Assembly (NCBI GenBank): GCA_963816355.1
Contig: CAWFKH010000003.1
Span: 160,001 to 224,000 of the forward strand
Origin: an uncultured Gemmatimonadales bacterium
Lineage (GTDB): Bacteria > Gemmatimonadota > Gemmatimonadetes > Longimicrobiales > RSA9
Length of the DNA: 64,000 nt
Reading direction: 5' to 3'
The notes under the pieces are model-generated. The model was not told the DNA's origin. It made no database searches and worked only from the letters and a program-made list of their open reading frames with translations. Shown piece by piece: positions 48,179 through 59,242 of this stretch; position 1 is the stretch's first letter, and every line of letters begins with the position of its first letter. The translations under genes and the position numbers were made by a program.

Positions 48179-49653
48179 CAGCCCTCCCCGCGGAGAACGT
48201 GGAGCTGACCGTCCGTCGTGGTCGCGCCGATGTCGAGGTCGCCGTCCCCGTCCAGGTCGTCCACGACGAGGGCCGTGATCTCGGCCCCGGCCGGGAAGCT
48301 GATCGCCGTCGCCGGGGAGAAGTGGCCGGCGCCGTCGTTCTCAGCCGCGGTCACGGAGATCGCGCGACCGCCGGAGACCAGGTCGAGGTCGCCGTCGCCG
48401 TCGATGTCACCCAGCGCGAGCGCGCCGGTCACGGGCTCGAACGTGGCGATTTGTCCGGCCGGGCCGAACTCCACCGCATCCGTCCCCTGCTGGAGGAACA
48501 CGTCCAACGCAGCGCCGCTTGCGACGACGAAGTCCGCTCGCCCGTCGCCGTTGAAGTCGCCCGCGACGATCGCACGCGGAACACCCGCGTCGGCCAGTTC
48601 GGCCAGGGTGCCGGCGAGACGGAAGTCCCGGGGACTCTCCGTGCCCTCGTAGAGGTCGACGCGCGCGGCCGCTCCGCCGTACCCGACGAGGAGGTCGAGC
48701 AGCCCGTCCCCGTTCACGTCGGCGACCGCACAGGCGCTGAACCCTGGAGCGACCCCCTCCTCGCGGGACGAGCCGAAGCTTCCCGCGTCGATCGGCACCA
48801 GGAAGAGGTTCTGCTCGTCGTACGTCACCACCCCCCCGGCTCCCGCCGACCCGCAGAAGGCCGTCACGTTCGCATCCACCTGCTGTGCCGCCGCTACCAG
48901 TGCCGAGCCCGCCTGCCCGTGGAACAGGCGCAGCGTGCCGTCCACCGCCAGCGCGTCGAGCACGCCGTCCCCGTTCGCGTCCACCCCTTGCACGGCCAGC
49001 GGGACCGTTTCCCCGAACGTGAGGATCTGTGGATCGCCGAAGCCGCCCGAGCGGTCGTTGCGGTAGAGGCGCACGTCGCGCGCCGCCGTGTCCGCGATCA
49101 GCAGATCGCTCACCCCGTCTCCGTCGAAGTCGCCGCTGAAGACGCTCGCCGGTCCTGGATTCGCACCCGCCGTCCCCAACGGCGTATCCTCGATCTGGAA
49201 TACGAACCCGCTCGCCGCCGTCGCGACGCGGAACTGGAACGTGTAGGCGTGCTGCAGCGGCGTCCCCTCGATGCTCCTGAGGCCTTCCGTGAGGGTGGCG
49301 GTCACCAGATCCCCCGCCTTCATCGGCGACGCCGGCTGGAAAATCAGTCCGAGTCCGTCCTCGGACGCGGCGAGCACGCCCGCGATCCGTCCGGAGGCAC
49401 GGCCGCTCACGATGAAACGACCGGTGATCGTCGACGGATCGATCGGCCGGTCGAAGCCGACCTCGAGCGACGCCGTCGGCGACACATCCACGCGCTGCAC
49501 CGGCGCCGCGCTCACCACGTTGACGGCCCGCGGCGGCGGCGCCGTCGTCGCGTCGGAGCACGCCCCGATCGCCAGCGCCGCCGCGATCGCGGCGAACCCA
49601 CCGCTCGCCGAGAGCCACTCGCGCAGTGGCGCGCCCGCTTTGCCTCGTCGCAT
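48178..49653 (-). CDS. Ig-like + FG-GAP repeat lipoprotein (paralog)
   Basis: GGAGG RBS; lipobox AIGAC; same architecture as its neighbour. Confidence 0.85.
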   Translation of the reverse strand: MRRGKAGAPLREWLSASGGFAAIAAALAIGACSDATTAPPPRAVNVVSAAPVQRVDVSPTASLEVGFDRPIDPSTITGRFIVSGRASGRIAGVLAASEDGLGLIFQPASPMKAGDLVTATLTEGLRSIEGTPLQHAYTFQFRVATAASGFVFQIEDTPLGTAGANPGPASVFSGDFDGDGVSDLLIADTAARDVRLYRNDRSGGFGDPQILTFGETVPLAVQGVDANGDGVLDALAVDGTLRLFHGQAGSALVAAAQQVDANVTAFCGSAGAGGVVTYDEQNLFLVPIDAGSFGSSREEGVAPGFSACAVADVNGDGLLDLLVGYGGAAARVDLYEGTESPRDFRLAGTLAELADAGVPRAIVAGDFNGDGRADFVVASGAALDVFLQQGTDAVEFGPAGQIATFEPVTGALALGDIDGDGDLDLVSGGRAISVTAAENDGAGHFSPATAISFPAGAEITALVVDDLDGDGDLDIGATTTDGQLHVLRGEG

Positions 49654-49698
49654 GATCGACCTCCGCCAGGAAGAGTCCACATCTCCGCCGACCGCGGA

Positions 49699-49774
49699 GC
49701 GGATCGGCAGTCGCCTGCGCGTTGAACGTCGCGTCGGCGGATCGGCAGTCGCCTGCGCGTTGAACGTCGCGTCG
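49699..49774. repeat. Exact 38-bp tandem duplication
   Basis: GCGGATCGGCAGTCGCCTGCGCGTTGAACGTCGCGTCG x2. Confidence 0.9.
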
Positions 49775-49874
49775 GTGGACGGTTCTGACGGCGGATGGGC
49801 CAGGACGTTCGGCCGGGCGCGTGGGGTGTTCCGAGGCGGGATGGACGCGGCCGCCGCGCGACGGCGCGCCGCGC

Positions 49875-50432
49875 TCAGCTTCGCGCGTCGGGCAGGGCGC
49901 CCGTCCAGCGCGTCGAGCGGCCGGTCACTTCGCGCGGCCGGACGCGGACGACGCGCGCGTGCGCCAGCGCCGCGACGTCGGCCACGCCGACGTCCTTGAT
50001 GGAGACGTTGAGGTGGGCCCGCAGCGTGCGCAGCGCCGAGATCCTGCCGGGGACGTCGGCGACCAGCTCGGCGGTTCCGAGAACGACGACGCTGCGCCAG
50101 CGGTGGCCGCCCTGCGCCACCTCCGTCACGGTGAAGCAGACGTCGGGGTTGGCGATCAGGTCCTCCGTCTTGCGGCCCGGGCTGGCGATGAAATAGAGGA
50201 GCTCGCCGTCCCAGCCGAAGATCAGGGGAATCGCGTACGGCCGCCCGTCGTGGATCGTGGCGAGCGTGCCCCAGCGGTTCGCGCACAGGCAATCGGCGAT
50301 GCCGGCCGCGTCCATCGGGATGGAGGCCTTGAAGCGGCTCGCGCCGTGGCCGCCCGCGTGCGCGTCGGCGGGGGCCGACGGGAGCGGATTCGGTTCGTCC
50401 GCCAATGCGATCGCTTCTTGTGCCGTGCTCAT
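49875..50432 (-). CDS. Pyridoxamine-5'-phosphate oxidase-like (NimA-type) flavin-binding protein
   Basis: WGTLAT..DGRPYAIPL..G..LYF...PGRK...NPDVCF.V...WRSVVV.G. Confidence 0.85.
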   Translation of the reverse strand: MSTAQEAIALADEPNPLPSAPADAHAGGHGASRFKASIPMDAAGIADCLCANRWGTLATIHDGRPYAIPLIFGWDGELLYFIASPGRKTEDLIANPDVCFTVTEVAQGGHRWRSVVVLGTAELVADVPGRISALRTLRAHLNVSIKDVGVADVAALAHARVVRVRPREVTGRSTRWTGALPDARS

Positions 50433-50700
50433 TGCCCGTCCGGCTGCGTGAAGCCCGCGCGCGGCACCGCCCGGTGCCGTGGGCCATCGTGGTGAACGTG
50501 GGAGCCAAGGTACGGCGTCGTTCGGGCGCGATCTGTCGGGGGCTCGCCGAACCTGGACCGGGGAAGCTCTTGCCTCGCGTAGGGGATCTCCCGACAGGGA
50601 ATGGGGCTGCGCGGAGTGGTGGATGGCACCGCAGGCGGGCATTATCAGACACGACGGTATGAGGAACGACGACGGCATGCCACGCACGCGAGGTCGCACG

Positions 50701-51981
<1,281 letters not shown>

Positions 51982-51982
51982 A

Positions 51983-52561
51983 TCAGAGACTGTTGAGGAG
52001 GTCGTCGATCGCCTTCTGCACCGCGTCCTTGGCGTGGCCGCTGAGCAGGTTGCGCAGCATCTCGGTGGCGTCGGCGGCGACGTCGTCGGGGTGGTTGCGG
52101 TCGTCGTGGGCCCGGATCACGTTGCCGATCGGCAGGAGCGCCATGCGTGGCTTCTCGCCCTCCGCCTGGCCGTAGTCGTCCTCGATCTCGGGAGGAGGCG
52201 TGGGCACGCTCTCCTTCCACGGCTCCTCCGCCTCCTCTTCGTCGCCCGTCTGGGCCCCGCTGCCGTCCACCGGCAGGACGAGGCAGACGCGCGCCTCGAT
52301 GTCGCCGTTCTCGTCCTCGCTCGCAGCGAGCGCGAGCATCACCGGCTTCTGCAGCAGGGAATTGATCGAGTCCATGGCGTCGGAGTCGACGACGCTGCGC
52401 GCGATCATGTGGTCGTCGTAGAAGTAGGCGAGGCCGACGTTGCCGTCGGGGACCGCGTCGTGGTCGACGGCGCGGGCTTCGATGGCGAGGGGTTCCGGAT
52501 ACGTGACTACGATCAGATGCTCCACGATCTCTCCGTCCAGGCGCTCTCCGGTACGCTTCAC
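51983..52561 (-). CDS. Hypothetical acidic protein
   Basis: GTG start VKRTGERLDGEIVEHL...; coding-like codon usage. The start codon is uncertain. Confidence 0.65.
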   Translation of the reverse strand: MKRTGERLDGEIVEHLIVVTYPEPLAIEARAVDHDAVPDGNVGLAYFYDDHMIARSVVDSDAMDSINSLLQKPVMLALAASEDENGDIEARVCLVLPVDGSGAQTGDEEEAEEPWKESVPTPPPEIEDDYGQAEGEKPRMALLPIGNVIRAHDDRNHPDDVAADATEMLRNLLSGHAKDAVQKAIDDLLNSL

Positions 52562-52713
52562 GCCATACCCCGGGAGGTCAACCCTTGTGCCGCCGCCGCG
52601 CGTGCCCCCGCGCCGCGGTGGTGGCGGCGCGCTGTGCCGGCGGCGGCGGACCGCTGTGCTGGATACGCCGCGGTCACCGCTCCTGGGCTGGCCGGCTTCC
52701 GTGGAGTTCGCCG

Positions 52714-52893
52714 CTACGTGGAGGGCGGATCGGGCCGGCGCGTGCGGCTCACGCCGGTGAGGATGCCGAGCCCGATGAGCACGATCACGCCGACGCCGAT
52801 CCACATCGACGGGACGCCGACGAGGTAGGCGGCGAGGGCGAGTCCGCCGATCAGGACGACGGTGCCGAAGAGATAGATGGCGAACGATGACAT
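52714..52893 (-). CDS. 59-aa two-TM membrane protein (missing from the ORF track)
   Basis: GGGAGG RBS; MSSFAIYLFGTVVLIGGLALAAYLVGVPSMWIGVGVIVLIGLGILTGVSRTRRPDPPST*. Confidence 0.8.
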   Translation of the reverse strand: MSSFAIYLFGTVVLIGGLALAAYLVGVPSMWIGVGVIVLIGLGILTGVSRTRRPDPPST

Positions 52894-52968
52894 CGCGCCT
52901 CCCGCATTTCCGGCCGCCCCGTGGACCGGCCCCTCCGGCCCGCGTCGCCGCCACGCCGGGGCGAGGTG

Positions 52969-52983
52969 GCAAGCCGCGTGCCG
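52969..52983 (-). promoter_or_regulatory. Sigma54 promoter candidate for the 59-aa protein
   Basis: CGGCACG-CGGC-TTGC, a near-perfect consensus match. Confidence 0.65.
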
Positions 52984-52984
52984 G

Positions 52985-55790
52985 TCAGCTCGCGGCTTTG
53001 CGGCGCGCGTCGCGGCGGTCGCGGCCCGCGATCGGCGCGAGCGCCTCGTGCACGATGCGCTGCTGCTGGCGCTCGTGGGCGTTCGCGTACCCCTCCGCGG
53101 GGGAGGCCCGCTCGGGGCGTCCGATGTAGACGGGATCGTGCGCGTCCGCGAGGCGGAGCAGGCGGCGCAGGCGGGGCTCCACGAAGCGCCACGCGCCCAT
53201 GTTGGCGGGCTCTTCCTGCGCCCACGCGACGCTCTCGATGCGCGGGAACGCCTCGATCGCGGCGGTGATCGCCGCGTCCGGGAACGGATAGAGCTGCTCG
53301 ACGCGAACGATCGCGACGTGCGACGCCGCCTCGCGCTCCTCGGCGCCGGAGAGGTCGTAGTAGAGTTTGCCGGAGCAGAGGACGACGCGGCGCACCTCGT
53401 CGGCGCGCGCGGCGGCGTCGTCGTCCGGAATGACGAAGCGGAAGCCGCCGCCGGAGAGCTCGCCGAGGCTCGAGACGGCGCGCGGGTGGCGGAGCAGGCT
53501 CTTCGGTGTGGCGACGACGAGCGGGCGCCGCTCCTCGAGCTTCGCTTGCCGGCGCAGCAGATGGAAGTACTGGGCCGGCGTGGTGACGTCGGCGACGCGC
53601 AGGTTGTCCTCGGCGCAGAGCTGGAGGAAGCGCTCGATGCGGGCGCTGGAGTGCTCCGGCCCCTGTCCCTCGTAGCCGTGCGGCAGCAGGAGCACGAGAC
53701 GGGACTCCTGCCCCCACTTGGCGCGGCCGGCGGAGATGAACTGGTCGAGCACGATCTGCGCGCCGTTGACGAAGTCGCCGAACTGCGCTTCCCAGAGCAC
53801 GAGCGCGTGCGGCGCGGCGGTCGAGTAGCCGTATTCGAAGCCGAGGCAGGCGAGCTCGGAGAGCGGGCTGTTGAGCACCTCGAGCGGCGCCCGCCGCTGC
53901 GGCACGCCGAGCAGCGGGATGTAGGCGGTGTCGGCGGCGTCGTGGAGCACGATGTGCCGTTGCGAGAAGGTGCCGCGTTCGGTGTCCTGTCCGGTGAGCC
54001 GGATCGGTACGCCCTCCTGCAGCAGCGAGCCGAAGGCGAGCGACTCCGCGTGTGCCCAGTCCACGCCGCCGCCCGACGCGAGGACCCTGGCGCGGCGCTC
54101 CAGCTGCCGCTCCAGCTTCGGGTTGGGGTGGAAGCGCTCGGGCCACGCGTGCAGCGCGCCGTCGATCTCGTGCAGCCGCTGTTGCGCGACCTCGGTCTCC
54201 GTGGCGAGCGGCGGTTCGAGCGTCTCCGGCTCCGGGCGCAGCTCCGGCTGCGGCCGCTCCTGCGCGCGCACCTCCTCCTGCGCGGTGAGGAGGCGCTGGT
54301 AGGTGGCGTCCCAGATGCCGTCGGCGTCGCCCTCTCCGATCACGCCCTCCGCCTGCAGCCGCCGCGCCCACTGCTGGCGCACGGTCGGGTGCGAGCGCAC
54401 CCGCTCGTACATGCCCGGCTGCGTGTAGGCGGGCTCGTCCGCCTCGTTGTGGCCGAAGCGGCGGTAGCCGACGAGGTCGATGACGACGTCGCCGTGGAAG
54501 CGGGCGCGGTAGGCCATGCGCGAGGCGCGTCACCGCGAGGCACGCCTCGGGGTCGTCGGCGTTGACGTGGAAGATCGGGATGTCGAACCCCTTCGCCACG
54601 TCGCTCGAGTAGTCGGTGGAGCGGCCCTGCGTCGGCAGCGTCGTGAAGCCGATCTGGTTGTTCGCGATGACGTGCAGCGTGCCGCCCGTGCTGTAGCCAT
54701 CCAGCTTCGCGAGGTTGAGCGTCTCTGCGACCACGCCCTGCCCCGCGAACGCGGCGTCGCCGTGGATCAGGATCGGCATCACGGCGTCGTGGTCGCGCGT
54801 GATCTCCGGTGCGGTGCGGTCGGACTGCTTCGCGCGCGTGATCCCTTCCGCCACCGGGTCGACCGCCTCGAGGTGGCTCGGATTGGGCGCGAGCAGGACG
54901 TCGACCGAGCCGCCGGACGCGGTCGCGTACGCGCCTTCCGCGCCCAGATGGTACTTCACGTCGCCGGTCGTGCCGTGGCCGCCGTGCATCCCTTCGAACT
55001 CGGCGACAATGGCGCGGTAGGGCCGCCCGAGCACGTGGACGATGACGTTGAGCCGGCCGCGGTGCGCCATGCCGAGCACGACCTCGCGCGCGCCGGCGGC
55101 GGCCGCCCGCTCGATCGACAGGTCGAGCATCGGCACCAGCATGTCGGTCCCCTCGATGGAGAACCGTTTCGCTCCCAGGTACGCGCGATGGATGAACTGC
55201 TCGAACGCCTCGACTTCCGTCAGCCGCTCCAGCAGACGGCGCCGCGCCGCCGCTTCCAGCGGGTGCAGCAGCGCGCCGGACTCGATCTGCTCCCGCAGCC
55301 ACTCCTGCCGCTCCGGATCCTGCAGGTGCTCGTACTCGAAGCCAATGGGGCCCGTGTAGGTCGCGCGCAGCCATTCGAGCACGTCGTGCACGAGCATCGC
55401 CGCGCGGCCATCGCGCAGGTCCGCTTCCGCAAGGCCGTGGAAGAGCGGGTCGAGCGTGGGATGCCCGCGCGGCTCGCCGCCCAGCGGATCCAGGTGCGCG
55501 GCGAAGTGGCCGTTGAGGCGGTACGCCTCGACGAGTTCCGCCGCGGCCCTCGTGGCGCGAAGCTCCGCCGGGTCGGCGCCCGGGCCCGCCGGTCCGCTCG
55601 CCGATGCCGGCCCGCCGGCCGACGCCGCCCGCGCAACCTCGGGCGCCGCGACGAGACCCAGCTCCTCCGGCGTCTTCGCGAAGGTGCGGCGCCACGCCTC
55701 GTCCACCGAATACGGGTCGCGCAGCCACCGCTCGTAGAGCTGCTGCGCGTAGCCTGCGTTGTAGCCTGCGAACCGATCTCCGATTCTCAC
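52985..55790 (-). CDS. sucA: 2-oxoglutarate dehydrogenase E1, with a +1 frameshift near 54518
   Basis: KRFSIEG, GMAHRGRLN, GDVKYHLG, PNPSHLE, HGDAAFAGQG, NNQIGFTT, then in a new frame GYRRFGHNE, RGTFSQRH, WEAQFGDF, PHGYEGQGPEHSSAR. The junction reads CTC GCG c ATG GCC. Confidence 0.92.
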
Positions 55791-55959
55791 GTCCCCTCTT
55801 CCCCGAAGCGGTGCCCCGTGCGACGAATGCGTACCCGCGCGCGCGCGACGCGGTCCCGCCGCGCCGCCCGCCGACGCGGGGGAGAAGGTAGAGGGGGGCG
55901 ACCCCGCTCGCCAGCGCGTTTCCCTTCCAACGTTGCCGCCCCCGCCGCTATCTAAGAGC

Positions 55960-56544
55960 ATGTCGGACAAGCGTGGCGGAAGAGGAGCGAGGACGATCGC
56001 GAGAGCAACGCCGGCGGCGCCGGACGCGGCGCGGGACGAAGACGAGGTGACGCGCGCCGCGGCCGGTGACACGGCCGCCTTCGAGCGCCTCTACCGTCAG
56101 CATGTCGGGCGCATCCACGCACTCGTGCGGCGGATGCTCGGCGGCGACGACGCGTGCGAAGACGTCACGCAGGACGTGTTCATCCGCGTCTGGGAGAAGC
56201 TGCACACGTTCCGCGGCGACGCGGAGTTCCACACCTGGCTCCACCGCCTGGCGGTCAACGTGACGCTCTCCCACCGCGGCCGCGCCGCGCGGCGCCGCGC
56301 CCGCTTCCCGATCGGCGACCCGCCGCCCGGTACCGCCACGCGGCCGGTCCGGCCGGACCTGAAGATGGACTTCGAGCGCGCCCTCGAGCGGCTGCCGGAC
56401 GGCGCCCGCGAGGTCCTCGTGCTCCACGATATGGAGGGCTACAAGCACCACGAAATCGCCGCACTCCTCGGAGTCGCGGAAGGCACGTCGAAATCACAGT
56501 TGCACCGCGCGCGCATGGAAATGCGCCGCCATCTGGAGGCATAG
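55960..56544 (+). CDS. ECF sigma factor
   Basis: AFERLY; EDVTQDVF..VW..L.TFRG...F.TWL.R.AVN; LPDGAREVLVLHDMEGYKH.EIA..GTSKSQL. Confidence 0.93.
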   Translation: MSDKRGGRGARTIARATPAAPDAARDEDEVTRAAAGDTAAFERLYRQHVGRIHALVRRMLGGDDACEDVTQDVFIRVWEKLHTFRGDAEFHTWLHRLAVNVTLSHRGRAARRRARFPIGDPPPGTATRPVRPDLKMDFERALERLPDGAREVLVLHDMEGYKHHEIAALLGVAEGTSKSQLHRARMEMRRHLEA

Positions 56545-56549
56545 ACCAC

Positions 56550-57264
56550 ATGGACGAGCACTGGACGGACCGGCTTTCCGAGTACATCGACGGTGACCTC
56601 GACCCGCGCGAGCGCGCGGCCGCCGACGCGCACATCGGCGGCTGCACCGCGTGCGCCGCGCTCGCCGCCGAGCTGCGCGCCGTCCGCGACCGCGTCCGGC
56701 TCGCTCCGGACGCCGCGCCCGAGCCCCGCGTGTGGGCCGGCGTCGCCGCCGCGATCGCCGCCGCGCCGCGCACGCCCACGCCGCGCCACGCCGCGCCGGC
56801 GCTCTTCTGGCGCCGCCGCCTGCTCCTCTCCGTCCCGCAGCTCGCCGCCGCCGCGGTGGTCCTCGTCGTCGCCTCCGCCGGCGCCGTCGCGCTGCGCCTC
56901 GGCGCCCGCCCCGTTGCGCCCGCCGCCGTGCCGGCCGCGCGCGCCGCGCGCACCGCGCGCACCGCCGCCGCCGCGACGCCCCTCACGCTGACCGCGGCGG
57001 AGGCGCGCGGCGGCGTGGAGCTGGAGCGTGCCGCGAGCGAGCTGGAAGCGGCGCTGCACGCAGCGGCGTGACCAGCTCGACCCCGCCACCGTGCAGGCGG
57101 TCGAGCGCAACGTCGGCGTGATCGACGCCGCCGTCATGGAGATCCGCCGCGCGCTCGCCGCCGACCCCGCCAGCCCGTACCTGAACCGCGCGCTGACCGA
57201 CGCGCTGCAGCGCAAGCTCGACGTGCTGCGCGTCGCGACGCGCGCCGCCGGCGCTTCGACCTGA
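56550..57264 (+). CDS. zf-HC2 anti-sigma factor, frameshifted near 57060
   Basis: DRLSEYIDGDL...HIGGCTAC; TM segment; the frame stops at 57071 but continues as QRRDQLDPATV..VERN...ID.A..EIRRALAADP. Confidence 0.8.
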
Positions 57265-57295
57265 TCGACTCGAACGCGATCGCGAGGATCGTACG

Positions 57296-58138
57296 ATGAA
57301 TTCGCTGCTTCCATTCCTGCTCGCCGCCGTGGCGGCGGCGCCGCCGCAGGACACGACCGTCGCCGTGTCGCGCGGGACGCGCCTGAGCATCGCCGCGCAC
57401 GAGTCCGGCGTCCGCATCGACAGCTGGGACCGCTCCGCCGTCCGCGTCGTCGCCGAGGGCCGCGGCGCGGCGGCCGTTCGCATCCGGCGCGCCGGCTCCG
57501 AGCTGCGCGTCGAGGGGCGGCGCTCCGGCGAGGGCGAGGCGATCGACTTCCGCATCACCGTGCCTGCCTGGATGGACGCGCGCGTGGAGGCGGAGGATGC
57601 CCCCGTCTCGGTGCGTAGCGGCAGCGGCGAGATCTTCGTCCGGAACACGAGCGGCGATGTCGCCGTGCAGGGCGGCGGCGCCGTGCAGGTGACCAGCGTC
57701 AGCGGCTCCGTCACCGTCGAGGGCGCGCATGGCCGCGTCGACGTCCAGACGGTGGGACAGGGGATCCGCCTCGCCGCCATCCACGGCGACGTCCAGGCGA
57801 GCACCGTCAACGGCTCGATCGTGCTCGAGGGCATCGAGAGCGCCTCCGTCGAGGCGGAGACCGTTAATGGCTCCGTCACCTTCGACGGCCCGATCCAGCC
57901 GTCCGGCTACTACCGGCTCGCGTCCCACAACGGCCCCGTGACCCTGCGCCTGTCGCGCCCGCCGAACGCGCGCATCTCCGTCTCCACCTACAACGGCCAC
58001 TTCGATTCCGACTTCCCGCTCCAGCTCACGTCCTCCGACGGGCACGAGCTGAGCCTCCTCGCCGGCTCGGGAGCGGCGCGCATCGAGCTCTCTTCCTTCA
58101 ACGGCACTATCGCCCTGCGACGCGCCGGCGCCCGCTGA
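57296..58138 (+). CDS. DUF4097 (adhesin-like beta-helix repeat) protein
   Basis: Signal peptide; T(V/S)(N/S)G.(I/V) repeats; SFNGTI. Confidence 0.85.
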   Translation: MNSLLPFLLAAVAAAPPQDTTVAVSRGTRLSIAAHESGVRIDSWDRSAVRVVAEGRGAAAVRIRRAGSELRVEGRRSGEGEAIDFRITVPAWMDARVEAEDAPVSVRSGSGEIFVRNTSGDVAVQGGGAVQVTSVSGSVTVEGAHGRVDVQTVGQGIRLAAIHGDVQASTVNGSIVLEGIESASVEAETVNGSVTFDGPIQPSGYYRLASHNGPVTLRLSRPPNARISVSTYNGHFDSDFPLQLTSSDGHELSLLAGSGAARIELSSFNGTIALRRAGAR

Positions 58139-58167
58139 CCACGTCCCTTCTTTCCTGGAGCGATCCC

Positions 58168-58974
58168 ATGATCCGACGCCTCGCGCATCCGTCCCTCGCG
58201 GCCCTCGCGCTGTCGACCGCGGCCGCGCTCGCGCTGCCCGCCCTCGCCGCCGCCCAGCAGGGCGAGCCCTTCCACTGGAACGGCTCGCTCGCCTCCGGCC
58301 AGACGCTCGAGATCCGCGGCGTCAACGGCGACGTCCGCCTGCGGCCGACCACCGGCGAGGCCCGCGTCGACGCCGCCAAGCACGCCCGCCGCGACGACCC
58401 CGCCTCCGTCCACGTCGAGGTCGTCCACGACGGCGACGCCGTCGTCATCTGCGCCGTCTATCCCACGCCCCGCGACGCCGAGCGCGAGAACCGCTGCGCC
58501 GCCGGCGACGATTACCACATGAGCAACAAGACCGACGTCGTCGTCGACTTCGACGTCGCCGTCCCCGCCGGCGTCCACGTCGTCGCCCGCACCGTGAACG
58601 GCGACGTGCGCGGCGACACGCTGCGGGGCGACGTCGTCGCTCGCACCGTCAACGGCGAGATCCGCGTCTCCACCACCGGCCGCGCCCTCGCGAGCACCGT
58701 CAACGGCGCCATCTTCGCCCGCTTCGGCAACGCCGACTTCGGCTCCGACGCCGCCTTCACCACCGTCAACGGTTCCATCACGCTGGAGGCGCCCGCGTCG
58801 CTCGCCGCGGATCTCGACTTCGCCACCGTGAACGGCAGCATCGAGTCCGAATTCCCGCTGCAGGTGAGCGGCCGCATCCGGCCGAACCAGTTGCACGGCT
58901 CGGTCGGCGGCGGCGGGCCCCGCCTGCGGCTGCACACGGTCAATGGCTCGATCCACCTGAACAAGGCGGGCTAG
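58168..58974 (+). CDS. DUF4097 protein
   Basis: Signal peptide; repeated TVNG. Confidence 0.85.
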   Translation: MIRRLAHPSLAALALSTAAALALPALAAAQQGEPFHWNGSLASGQTLEIRGVNGDVRLRPTTGEARVDAAKHARRDDPASVHVEVVHDGDAVVICAVYPTPRDAERENRCAAGDDYHMSNKTDVVVDFDVAVPAGVHVVARTVNGDVRGDTLRGDVVARTVNGEIRVSTTGRALASTVNGAIFARFGNADFGSDAAFTTVNGSITLEAPASLAADLDFATVNGSIESEFPLQVSGRIRPNQLHGSVGGGGPRLRLHTVNGSIHLNKAG

Positions 58975-59044
58975 AGCGGGGTCGGCGGCCGACCGGATTC
59001 GACGCTCGCGGCGCCGATCGGGACGTTTCCCGGCGCCGGCGCAC

Positions 59045-59073
59045 TGGACACGGCCGTCGCGCGGCGCTAAATT
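59045..59073 (+). promoter_or_regulatory. Sigma70-type promoter of the DEAD-box helicase
   Basis: TGGACA-17 nt-TAAATT. Confidence 0.55.
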
Positions 59074-59242
59074 TACGCGCTGCAACAGAATCGGCCGGGC
59101 AGCCTCACGGGCCCGCCGGGCGCACCTCGCGCCCGACCGGCTCCGGCTCCCCGGCCGATCTCGTTGCGGCGAACGACGCGGCTGTGTTCGGGCGGAGAGA
59201 AACCCCGAACACAACGGGGTACATCTCTGCAAGGACGAAGAC

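Noticed and set aside
50461..50480. Sigma54 site upstream of the PNPOx-like gene
   Set aside because: The GG-to-GC spacing is off by one base; it is probably just the GGCACC/GGTGCC palindrome.
50433..50700. SAM riboswitch upstream of the Cys/Met PLP enzyme
   Set aside because: SAM-I/II/IV core sequences were not recognisable; only a short CTGTCGGG/CCCGACAG inverted repeat is present.
57069..57071. Selenocysteine or readthrough at the anti-sigma TGA
   Set aside because: The conserved-looking continuation is in a different frame, so this is a frameshift and not readthrough.
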